A stretch of DNA of 64,000 bases from the human T2T-CHM13v2.0 reference genome, Homo sapiens, in assembly GCF_009914755.1 (NCBI RefSeq), contig NC_060947.1, one strand, 5' to 3'. The notes beneath the pieces are model-generated. The model was not told the DNA's origin. It made no database searches and worked only from the letters and a program-made list of their open reading frames with translations. The translations under genes were made by a program, and so were the position numbers. Shown here piece after piece: positions 15,122-25,865 of the stretch; within the stretch, counting starts at the first letter, position 1, and every line of letters starts with the position of its first letter.

Positions 15122-18100
15122 TTTTTAATTTAAAACTTTGGGGGTACACAGTAGGTGTGCGTGTGTGTGTGTATATATATATATATGTATATATATAAGT
15201 ATATATATGTGTGTGTGTCTATATATATATATTAAATATAAGACGTTTTGATACAGGCATGCAATATGAAATAAGTACATCATGGAGAATGGGGATTCCA
15301 TCCCCTCAAGCATTTATCCTTTGAGTTACAAACAATCCAATTATAATCTTTTAGTTATTTTAAAATGCGCAATTAAGTTATTATTGACCATAATCACCTT
15401 ATTGTGCTATCAAGAATTAGTCATTGTTCATTTGTTCCATTTTTTTTTTTTTTTTGCATCCCTTAACCATCTGCAAATACCCTCAGCAGCCCACTATGCT
15501 TCCCAGGCTGTGATAACCATCCTTCTTCTCTCCATCTCCATGAATTCAATTGTTATGATACTTAGATTCCACAAGTAAGTGAGAACATGTGATGTTTGTC
15601 TTTCTGTACCTGGCTTATTTTGGTTAACATAATGATCTCCAGTTCCATTAATGTTGTTGCAAATGACTGCATCTCATTGATTTTTATGGCTGAATAGTAT
15701 TCCATTGTGTACATGTACCACATTTTCTTTATCTATTCACCTGTTGATGGACATTTAGGTTGCTTCCGCATCTTAGCTATTGTGAAAAGTGCTACAACAA
15801 ACATAGGAGTGCAGATATCTCTTCTATGTACTGATTTCCTTTCTTTGGGGTATATACTCAGCAGTGGGATTGCTGGATCATATGGTAGTTCAGTTTTTAG
15901 TTTTGGGGGAGTTTCTAAACTGTTCTCCATAGCGGTTGTACTAATTTACATTCCCACCAACAATATACAAGGGTTCCCTTTTCTCCACATCCTCACCAGC
16001 ATTTGTAATTACCTGTCTTTTGGATATAAGCCATTTTAACTGCGGTGAGATGATATCTCCAGTGATATCAGTGGTGACATGAATAACAGTGGTGACAATG
16101 CACATTCTTGTCATTTTCCAGATCTCAAAGGAAAGGCTTTTAGTTTTTCCCAATTTAGTGTGATACTACCTGTAGGACTGTCATATGTGCTTTTATTGTG
16201 TTGAAGTATGTTTCTTCTGTACCCAGTTTTTTTAGGGTTTGTATAATGAAAGGATGTTGAATATTATCAAATGCTTTTTCAGCATCTATTAAAATGATCA
16301 TAGGTTTTTTTATCTTTATTTTATTAATATGATGCATCACATTGATTTGCATATGTTGAACAATCCTTGCATCCCAGGAATGAATGCTTCTTGATCATGA
16401 TGAATGATCGTTCCAATGTATTGTTGAATTCTGTGTGCTAGTATTTCTTGAGGATTTTTGCATCAATAATCATCAGAGGCTGGGCTTGGTGGCTCATACC
16501 TATAATCCCAGCTCTTTGGGAGGTCGAGACAGGTGGATCACTTGAGGCCAAGAGTTTGAGACAAGCCTGCCAACATGGCGAAAACCCATCTCTACAAAAA
16601 ATACAAAAATTAGCTGGGCATGGTGGTGTGCACCTGTAGTCCCAGCTACTCAGGAGGCTAAGACATGAGAATCATTTGAACCCGGTAGGTAGAGGTTGTA
16701 GCGAGCTGAAATTGTGCCACTGCACTACAGCCTCGGCAATAGAGCAAAACTCTGTCTCAGAAAAAAAAAAAAAAAAATCATTAGAGATATTGGCTTGCAG
16801 TTTTCTTTTTTTGATGTTTCCTTGACTGCTTTTAATATCAGGGTAATACTGGCATTGTAGAAAGAGTTTAGAACTATTCCCTCCTCCTCTACTTTTTGGA
16901 ATACTTTGAGTAGGATTAGTATGAGTTATGCGTTATATGTTTTGAAGAAATAAGCAGTGAAACCATCAGGTCAAGGGCTTTTCTTTACTGGAAGGTTTTT
17001 TAAATTACAGCTTCCATTTCATTACTTGTTATTGGTCTGCTCAGATTTTGGGTTTCTTCATGGCTCAATCTTGGTAAGTTATATGTGACTAGGAATTTGT
17101 CAATTTATTCTGTATTATCCAATTTATTGGCATATAGTTGCTCACAGTAGTTGCTAACGATCCTTTGAATTTCTGCAGTATATGCTGTAATGACTCCTTT
17201 TTCACTTCTGATTTTATTATTTGTATCTTGTCTTTTATTCTCAGTTAGTCTGGCTATAGGTTTGTCTGTTTTGTTTAACTTTTCAAAAAACCATCTTTTG
17301 TTTAATTAATCTTCTGTTTTGTTTTTCTAATTTCAATTTTATTTATTCCTATTCTGATCTTTAATGTTTCTTTTCTTCTACAAATTTTATGTTTAGTTTG
17401 CTGTTGCTTTTCTCATTCTTCAAGATGCATTGTTAGATTGTTTAAAGTTTGTCCGCTTTTTTTGATGTAGACACAGCTAAGAACTTTCCTCTTAGTACTG
17501 CTTTTGCTGTATCCAATAGGTTTTGGTATGTTATTATTTCATCCTCGTTTTTTTTTCGAGAAATTTTTAAATTTCCTTCTTAACTTCTTCGCTGACTCAC
17601 TGGTCATTCAGAAGCATAGTGTTTAATTTCCATGTATTTGTATAGTTTCCAAAATTCCTCGTTATTAATTTCTGGTGTTTTTCCATAGTGATCAGAAAAA
17701 AATGCCTGATATTATTTCAATTTTTTGCATATTTTAAGACTTGTTTTGTGACCTAACATATGTCTATCCTTGAGAATGATCCATGTGCTGAGGAATAGAA
17801 TGTGTATTCTGCAGCCGTTGGATGAAGTGTTCTGTAAACATCTATCCTATCCATTTGTTCTACAGTGCAGATTAAGTCTTAGGTTTCTTTGTTGATTTTC
17901 TGTCTGGAAGATCTGTTCAATGTTGAAAGTGGGGTGTTGAAGTCTCCAGCTATTACTATATTGGAACTTATCTTTCTCTTTAATTCTAATAATATTTTCT
18001 TTATATATCTGAGTGCTTCAGTGTTGGGTGCATATATATTTACAATTTTTATATCCTCTTGCTAAATTGACCCTTTTATCATTTTATGGTGACTTTCTTT

Positions 18101-19010
18101 GACTCTTCTTATACTTTTTGTCTTGAAACCTATTTTGTCTGATATTAGTACAGCTACTCCTACTTTTGGGGGGTTTCCGTTGGCATGGGATATACGTTTT
18201 CATTCCTTTATTTTCAGCTTACATGTGTCTTTATAGGTGAAGTGTGTTTCTTGTAGGTAACAGATCAGTGGGTGTTGTTTTTTCATACATTCAGCCACCC
18301 TATGTATTTGGATTGGAGAGTTCAGTCCATTTATATTCAATGGTATTATTGATAAGTAAGGACTTACTCCTGTCATTTTCCTGTTTGTTTTCTGATTGTT
18401 TTATTGTCTTCTATTCCTTCTTTCTTTCCTTTCTGTCTTCCGTTAGTGAAGGTAGTTTTCTCTGGTGATATGATTTAGTTTTTGGTTTTTTATCTTTTGT
18501 GTATCCATTGTATTTTTTTTTTTTTTTTGGTTTAAGGTTACCATGAACCTTGCAAATACTATCATATAACCCATTATTTTGATATAATAACAAATTAACA
18601 CTGTTTGCATAAACAAACAAGCAAAAATTGAACTAAGAAAAGCTCTATGCCTGAACTTTATCCCCCTGCTTTTTTATATTTTTGTTGTTTATATTTATAT
18701 CTTATTGTACTATGTCTTGAAAAGATGTTTAACTTATTATTAGTAGTAGTTCATTGTTTATTCTTTCTAGTAAAGATAACAGTAATTGACACACCACAGT
18801 TACAGCATTATAATAATCTGGGTTTCTCTGTGTAGCTACCATTACAAGTGAGTTTTGTACCTTCAGGTGATTATTGCTTATTAATGTCTTTTTTTTTCCT
18901 AAATAAAGTACTTTCTTAACATTTCTTGTAGGATAGTTGTGGTATTGACAAAATCCCTCAACATTTGTATTTTTCTTGGAAATTCTTCATTTCTTCTTCA
19001 TGTTGGAAGT
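15122..19010 (-). mobile_element. L1MA-type LINE-1 (antisense) with internal deletion, (GT)/(TA) microsatellite and nested Alu
   Basis: 3' UTR 'ttttgatacaggcatgcaatatgaaataagtacatcatggagaatgggg'; antisense ORF2 through the EN region (~17700-18350); sequence jump at ~16060. Confidence 0.85.
16478..16777 (+). mobile_element. Full-length AluS-type element
   Basis: Dimeric Alu with poly(A); degenerate TSD aatcat(c/t)aga. Confidence 0.93.
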
Positions 19011-19669
19011 ACCACCACCAGGAATGTCAGGCTACCATCAGGTGATGGTCATGTGGTTTTAAAGTGACTTTCTAAAATAATAATTGGTTGCAGCCAGATC
19101 CAGGGAAAGACAGTCTCCCAAGAGATAGAAAGCACCTAAAGCTGGTGATAAGCAGCTTCCCGATCAGATCTAAGGGTTTGGGCAAGTGGGCTCACACATG
19201 CACACTAACAGGCAAAATTGCAGAGTTTAACTGGTATATAACCATCCTCCAGGAACACTTGACTGGTAAGAGAAAAACACCTCAAATGAGCATGCACAAA
19301 ACTTCAGTAAACACACTGCGAACGTGGCCCTTCCTAAGCACTGACAGGCCACAGTGCATGTGGACAGCCCATCCTAAAGGAAGAGTCAGGGAAGAATAAC
19401 TGCAAATCCCATAATGATGGCAATGTATAAAACCCCAAGCCAAGGGTTAGATAGTGCACTTGGACATTTCAAGTTGCCTGCTTGGCCCTCTTCCAATTAT
19501 ACTTTACTTCCTTTTGTTCCTACTTTAAAACTTTTTAATACACTTTCATTCCTGCTCTAAAACTTGCCTCAGTCTCTCCCTCTCACTTATGCCCCTCGAT
19601 CGAATTCTTTCTCCCAAGGAGGCAAGAATCAAGTTGCCACAGACTGGTATGAATTCACTGCTACTAACA
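19011..19669 (+). mobile_element. 5'-clipped ERV1 LTR (MER50-like)
   Basis: 'caccaggaatgtcaggctaccatcaggtgatggtc...aaaataataattggttgcagcc'; TATA-like tataaaa at ~19426; ends 'ctactaaca'. Confidence 0.75.
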
Positions 19670-20181
19670 TATTGACAACCAATGCTCTATCAAATAATAC
19701 TATACTACTTCATGGGTATTGAATATACCTCATAACAGGTTATTCCAAAATATTGTCTCCCATCATGTATTACATTATTCACTTTCATTTTACTTATCCA
19801 GAAACCATAATCTTCAAATACATTTTACTCTCATTATTTTGAACAAGTGTTATATGTTAGATCAATTAAGAATGAGGAAAATAAAATATTTTATTTTGTC
19901 TTCATTTATTACTTCTCTATCTTTATGTAGATCCAAGTTTCTGACTTATTTTCTTTCTGAAGAATTTCTTTTAACTTTTCTTACAAGGAAAGTGTACTGG
20001 TTACAAATTACCTCAATTTTTGTTTGACTAAGAATGTGTTTCTCTTTAAATTTTGAAAGATAATTTAATTGGATACAGAGTTCTTGATTGGCATTTTTTT
20101 TTCTTTCAGCACTTAAAATATTTCACTCCACTCTCCATGCTAGTGTGGCTTTTGAAAAGATGTATGATATAACTTGTACAC

Positions 20182-20669
20182 TTGCTCCCCTACAGGTAAG
20201 TTATGCTGGTTAACTTTATTTGTCAATTTGGCTGGTTCCTGGTGCCCAGATATTCTGTCAAACATTATTCTGGATGTTTCTGTAAGGGTGTTTCTGAATA
20301 AGAGGTACAAATAAAATAAATTGGTGGACTTTGATTAAAGAAGATTGCCTTCCATATTGTGTGCAGGTCTCATCCCATCACTTGAAGGCCTAAATAGAAC
20401 AAAACACTGACCTCCTTTGAGCAAGGGGCAATTCTGTCAGTAACAGACCTTCAGATTTCAACTGCAACATTTTCTCTTCTGGCCTTCACCTTGACTGCCT
20501 TTGGACTGGAACTGCAACTCTTTCTGGAGTTGCCGGCCTAATGGTTTCCCAAATAAGATTTTGGACTCACCAAATCTCCACAATCACATGAGACAATTAT
20601 TTAAAACAAATATCTCCATGTGTATGTATTCTATTGGTTCTGTTTCTCTAGTAAACCTCAACTAGCACA
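20182..20669 (+). mobile_element. MLT2-type ERVL LTR
   Basis: 'ggttaactttatttgtcaatttggctgg...ggtgcccagatattctgtcaaacattattctggatgtttctg...ctattggttctgtttctcta'. Confidence 0.8.
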
Positions 20670-20704
20670 TAAGGTATTTCCCTCAACCCCTTCCTCCACC
20701 CCAG

Positions 20705-20910
20705 TGAGAGAGAAGGAAGACAAAAGTGAACTAGGCACATAGGGCAAAGTCATTGACAGAACTTTTCTTCTCCTTGACAGAACTTTTCTTCTAACAGTTA
20801 GCAGCCTGAGAGATCAAGCTGCAAGCACAGATAAGGAGATCAGCTCCAGCACAAAAAAAAAAAAAAAAAAAAAAAAAGGTGCCTTCTGTGCAATCGGCAA
20901 GTTTCACATA
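20705..20910 (+). mobile_element. Probable ERV1 LTR fragment with internal duplication and A25 tract
   Basis: TG start; 'gcagcctgagagatcaagctgcaagcacagataagg' resembles MER4-group LTRs. Family not resolved. Confidence 0.4.
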
Positions 20911-21439
20911 CACCTTTGAAATTGTTCCACAGTTCTTAGATATTCCTTTCTGGTTTTTTTTATTAATTTTTCTCTTTGATTTTCCGTTTTGTATGTTTCT
21001 ATCGACCTTTTTTCAAGGACACTCATTCATGCATTATTGCTTTCTCCCTTCAATCTGTGTGTGTGTGTTTTTTTGTCTTTTAGTATTCCTTGTAATTATA
21101 ATATTTTGTTGAAAGATGGATATGGTGTACTAGGTAAAAGAAATTGGAATAAATAGGCCTTTAGTGTGAGATTTTATGTTTATCTGGCTAAGGGTTAGGC
21201 TGAATTTACTATTTGGTGTAGCTATAAGAGCCAGAGACTAAAATTTCTTCTGGTGTTTCGGTTTTCTTCTTCCCTGCTGTGTTTTAGTCTCTTTAGAGAC
21301 ATCTTAAATAGGATCTGAGATATGCAATTCTTTCTATTGCATTTCCCTATAATTAATAGGAGCCCTATTAATATGTTGGTTAGATTTTCATGAGAGGAAG
21401 CATGCTATAGTTGTATGATTAGGTCTCAGTCATTTAGTT

Positions 21440-21492
21440 CAGCGGTCCCCAAACTTTTGGGCACCAGGGATCAGTTTCATGGAAGATTTTTC
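21440..21492 (+). mobile_element. MER1-type hAT left-end fragment
   Basis: 'cagcggtccccaaacttttgggcaccagggatcagtttcatggaaga' matches the MER1 terminus. Confidence 0.7.
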
Positions 21493-21654
21493 CCTTTCTG
21501 TAATTGTGCCCTGTTATTGCTCTGTTATCATAAAGTTAACACTGGTTTGTAATTTAGCATCTATACAAATCTGTCAGTTTCTGTAATTTTTATATAGACT
21601 GACTTCCTCTGACCACACTTAAAATCAAATGTATTCCTTATATGTTCATGCAAG

Positions 21655-22015
21655 TGTTAAATCAAGTTTAGCCTAAAGTTGTCTCCTTATATATTTTAAG
21701 TTTGGCCTAAAGGTTTCTCTGTACATCATGAATTATAACCTAAATGGAGTTGTATACAGACTGTAGCCTCCTCTTGTGCCAATCACCAAGTTTTGGCCAA
21801 TCAAAGGTGGCCAACTTTTCAAACCATTTTTAAATAAGCCTCTTCTATTTTCTGTACATCACTTTCCTTTTTCTGTCCATAAATTTTCTTCCATTACATG
21901 GCTGCACTGGAGTCTCTGAACCTACTCTAGCTTAGGAGGCTGCACAATTCGCAAATCATTCTTTGCTCAATTAAACTCTTTTAAATTTAACTCAACTAAA
22001 GTTTTCCTTTTAATA
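21655..22015 (+). mobile_element. Solo ERV1 LTR (MER57-like)
   Basis: 'tgttaaatcaagtttagcctaaag...'; two CCAAT boxes (~21779, ~21797); 4-bp TSD caag at 21651-21654 and 22016-22019. Confidence 0.8.
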
Positions 22016-22809
22016 CAAGTATCTTACTCCTCCATTAAACCTTCTATGTAGTCAAGCCTGGGCATTTACATGCCTATTATATTTTCAAAAATGTTATGTT
22101 ATGAATTCCTTTTAAGGATAGTAAAAGGGTTGCTATAAAAAAATGTTAGTTATAGGATTTGTTGGCTCTGATAGGACTGAGAATCACTGACATGGTGAAT
22201 TCAACGGCACATTTCTTTTTGTAGCTTAATTATCCTAACTTCTTTTGAGGCAGTAAAAATATTGGATGAATAAATCAACTGCTTTCTTAAAGGAACTGCT
22301 ATTAAAGAATAAATCTTGTTGTATTTAATACTTGTCTATTTTTTTTCTTATGGCTAACAGATTGTTTTGACCAAATTGTATTATTTACATGGATGAAAGA
22401 CAGAGACCATTGATTACCTAACCTACAGCCATTTTTTACTTTCCTTTTTGCTAACCGGAACCCAAATTTGAGTTCTAATGACTATTGCCTTCAGTGAAGC
22501 TGACTGTCTTGCTCTCAGCAAGACCCATGGGGGATGATGAATATATTAATGTAAATTTTTATTGAAGTGTAATGTATATGCAGCAGAGTGCAAATCATAA
22601 ATGTATAGTTCTTTAGATTTTTCACAAAGTTAACACATTTTTATAAGTACCATTTCAACCAAGAAATAATTTTTTCCAGAAGCTAGGAAACCCACTCTTG
22701 CCCTCTTCCAGCCAACCCATATGTTCAGAGGGAGCCTGAATCTTGATTTGTCTAAATTACTCCAAGACCTATGCCAATTATTAATATAGAAATAATACTG
22801 TGTCACAAT

Positions 22810-23170
22810 GATGGCCAATGAGATATGGGTGAAATCTGGTAGGGAATTTTGGACATGTTTTCTTCACTCTTAAAAACAGTACACAAGAAGACATGTGTCC
22901 TCTTCCTCCTGGCTTTTGGATATTGTCCCAGTGTGGGAGAATATGATGTTTAGTTCTATCACAAATATATTGTAGCTATGAGGGAACAGAACCTAAGGGC
23001 AAAAGTCAACAGAGTGAGGATGTTAGAACATAATTATGGAAAGAAGATGGGTGCATGATAATGTCTTTATTTTTCTGGAAATGTTCTATTTTAGATCTTC
23101 TTGTTACGTATTAGAATACATTTATGACACTTTTGGTTTGGTTACTTGCTACTTAAGTCCAAGGATATTT
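22810..23170 (+). mobile_element. Old MLT1-type MaLR LTR fragment
   Basis: 'tggccaatgagatatgggtgaaatct...agggcaaaagtcaacagagtgaggatg...ttggttacttgct'. Confidence 0.5.
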
Positions 23171-23281
23171 TAATGCCCTGTAAATTTTTAGTAAAATATT
23201 CACTTTCCATTAATTCTCTCCCACTAAATTCTGGGTGCTATGCCCACTGTCCCATTGAAACCACTCTCAACAATATCACTA

Positions 23282-25102
23282 GAACTAGAAATACCATTTG
23301 ACCCAGCCATCCCATTACTGGGTATATACCCAAAGGACTATAAATCATGCTGCTATAAAGACACATGCACATGTATGTTTATTGCGGCACTATTCACAAT
23401 AGCAAAGACTTGGAACCAACCCAAATGTCCAACAATGATAGACTGGATTAAGAAAATGTGGCTCCCCCTCCCCCTCCCCCTCCCTCTCCCTCTCCCTCTC
23501 CCTCTCTTTCCAGGTCTCCCTCTGATGCCGAGCGGAAGCTGGACTGTACTGCTGCCATCTCGGCTCACTGCAACCTCCCTGCCTGATTCTCCTGCCTCAG
23601 CCTGCCGACTGCCTGCGATTGCAGGCGCGCGCTGCCACGCCTGACTGGTTTTCGTATTTTTTTGGTGGAGACGGGGTTTCGCTGTGTTGGCCGGGCTGGT
23701 CTCCAGCTCCTAACCGCGAGTGATCCGCCAGCCTCGGCCTCCCGAGGTGCCGGGATTGCAGACGGAGTCTCGTTCACTCAGTGCTCAATGGTGCCCAGGC
23801 TGGAGTGCAGTGGTGTGATCTCGGCTCGCTACAACCTCCACCTCCCAGCCGCCTGCCTTGGCCTCCCAAAGTGCCGAGATTGCAGCCTCTGCCCGGCCGC
23901 CACCCCGTCTGGGAAGTGAGGAGCATCTCTGCCCGGCCACCATCCCATCGAGGAAGTGAGGAGCACCTCTTCCCGGCCGCCATCCCATCTAGGAAGTGAG
24001 GAGAGTCTCTGCCCGGCCACCCATCGTCTGAGATGTGGGGAGCGCCTCTGCCCCGCCGCCCCGTCTGGGATGTGAGGAGCGTCTCTGCCCGGCGGCAACC
24101 CCGTCTGGGAGGTGAGGAGCATCTCTGCCCGGCCGCCCCGTCTGAGAAGTGAGGAGACCCTCTGCCTGGCAACCGCCCCGTCTGAGAAGTGAGGAGCCCC
24201 TCCGCCCGGCAGCCGCCCCGTCTGAGAAGTGAGGAGCCCCTCCGCCCGGCAGCCACCCCGTCTGGGAAGTGAGGAGCGTCTCCGCCCGGCAGCCACCCCG
24301 TCCGAGAGGGAGGTGGGGGTCAGCCCCCGCCAGGCCAGCCACCCCGTCCGGGAGGTGAGGGGCGCCTCTGCCTGGCCGCCCCTACTGGGAAGTGAGGAGC
24401 CCCTCTGCCCGGCCAGCCGCCCCGTCCAGGAGGGAGGTAGGGGGGTCAGCCCCCCGCCTGGCCAGCCGCCCCATCCGGGAGGTGAGCGGTGCCTCTGCCC
24501 GGCCGCCCCTACTGGGAAGTGAGGAGCCCCTCTGCCCGGCCACCACCCCGTCTGGGAGGTGTACCCAACAGCTCATTGAGAATGGGCCATGATGACAATG
24601 GCGGTTTTGTGGAATAGAAAGGGGGGAAAGGTGGGGAAAAGATTGAGAAATCGGATGGTTGCCGTGTCTGTGTAGAAAGAAGTTGACATGGGAGACTTTA
24701 AAAAAAAAAAAAAAAGAAAATGTGGCACATATACACCATGGAATACTATGCAGCCATAAAAAATGATGAGTTCATGTCCTTTGTAGGGACATGGATGAAA
24801 TTGGAAATCATCATTCTCAGTAAACTATTGCAAGAACAAAAAACCAAACACCGCATATTCTCACTCATAGGTGGGAATTGAACAATGAGAACACATGGAC
24901 GCAGGAAGGGGAACATCACACTCTGGGGACTGTTGTGGGGTGGGGGGAGGGGGGAGGGATAGCTTTAGGAGATATACCTAATGCTAAATGACGAGTTAAT
25001 GGGTGCAGTACACCAGCATGGCACATGTATACATATGTAACTAACCTGCACATTGTGCACATGTACCCTAAAACTTAAAGTATAATAATAATAAAATAAA
25101 AA
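23282..25102 (+). mobile_element. 5'-truncated young L1 (L1PA3-like), split by SVA
   Basis: Near-consensus ORF2 C-terminus (ELEIPFDPAIPLLGIYPKDYKSCCYKDTC) and 3' UTR 'ggagatatacctaatgctaaatgacgagttaatggg'; TSD aatatcacta at 23272-23281 and 25103-25112. Confidence 0.93.
23462..24713 (+). mobile_element. SVA retrotransposon (SVA_D-like), SINE-R truncated
   Basis: (CCCTCT)n hexamer, antisense Alu-like domain, GC-rich VNTR, partial SINE-R, poly(A); TSD aagaaaatgtgg at 23450-23461 and 24714-24725. Confidence 0.96.
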
Positions 25103-25865
25103 AATATCACTAATGATTTCTTATTTGCTAAATTTCATAGACACTTTTTAATTCTTAAATTTCTTGACCTTTCCTACCTCTTTCTTATCTCTTGACTTTC
25201 ACTCCTCTTCTTTTCCAAATGCCATGGGTTACTTTATAAAATACTTCAATTATTTCTTATCATCCCTATCTCTTTAAATAAAAAATAAATAACTAACGTG
25301 AGTTGGAATTTTCCTAAGCCACTTATCATTTTTTAACCTCTCACTATGTAATCATTCCCACTTCCATGGTTTTAACTGTCGCTGATAATATGACACCCAA
25401 GTCTTATATCTCTGCATCTAACTTCTCCAGTGACCTCCAAACTCTTAAAGTCGATGGTCTATTTCCTACATTCACTTGAATATTCATATGCACTTTAAAG
25501 TCAATTATCTGAAGTGGAACTTATTATTTTCTCAAGCCTATCTTTCCTTATGTATATCATTCCTCAGTCACTGGCCCCACCAATTACCCCTATCATTCAG
25601 GAGAAAGAATCAAAGTAATCCTTAGAACAAATCTAGCTTTTACTCCTCAATGCATCTAATAAATTAAAACTTTTTGTTAATTTCCCGCTAGATATTTCTC
25701 AAATCTCTCCTCTCCTTCTCATTCTCACTATAATACAATTAATTCACAATTTAATCATTTCTTTCATACTGTAAAAATTCTCCTAATCAATCTTCTTCCA
25801 TCTAATTTCAACTCTTTGCAATTTCTCCTCCACATTATGGCCAGAGCATTCTTTAGACATTCAAA

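Larger units (their letters stand above)
19670..21440 (-). mobile_element. L1M 5'/ORF1-region remnants (interrupted by LTRs)
   Basis: 'ctgaagaatttcttttaacttttc...aaattacctcaatttttgtttg...atttcactccactctc' antisense L1M motifs. Confidence 0.55.
23190..25865 (+). mobile_element. L2 LINE remnant (host of the L1PA3/SVA and of the L1PA16-like insertion; resumes ~28047)
   Basis: 'cccattgaaaccactctcaa|...|tcactaatgatttcttatttgctaaat', 'ttcccacttccatggttttaact', 'tgacacccaagtcttatatctct' are L2 motifs. Confidence 0.7.

Noticed and set aside
23240-23644. Chimeric L1 ORF2-to-SVA hexamer ORFs (LPLPLP), also at 55604-56077 in the same SVA frame
   Set aside because: The hexamer has no stop codons in any frame, so read-through is expected; no promoter or expression evidence.
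23900-24560. Repeat-spacer-like periodicity resembling a CRISPR array
   Set aside because: These are tandem ~35-50-bp SVA VNTR units with no unique spacers, in eukaryotic DNA with no cas genes.
23565-24592. Overlapping Arg/Pro/Gly-rich ORFs (also at 56140-57259)
   Set aside because: Stop-poor GC-rich SVA VNTR read in several frames; not genes.
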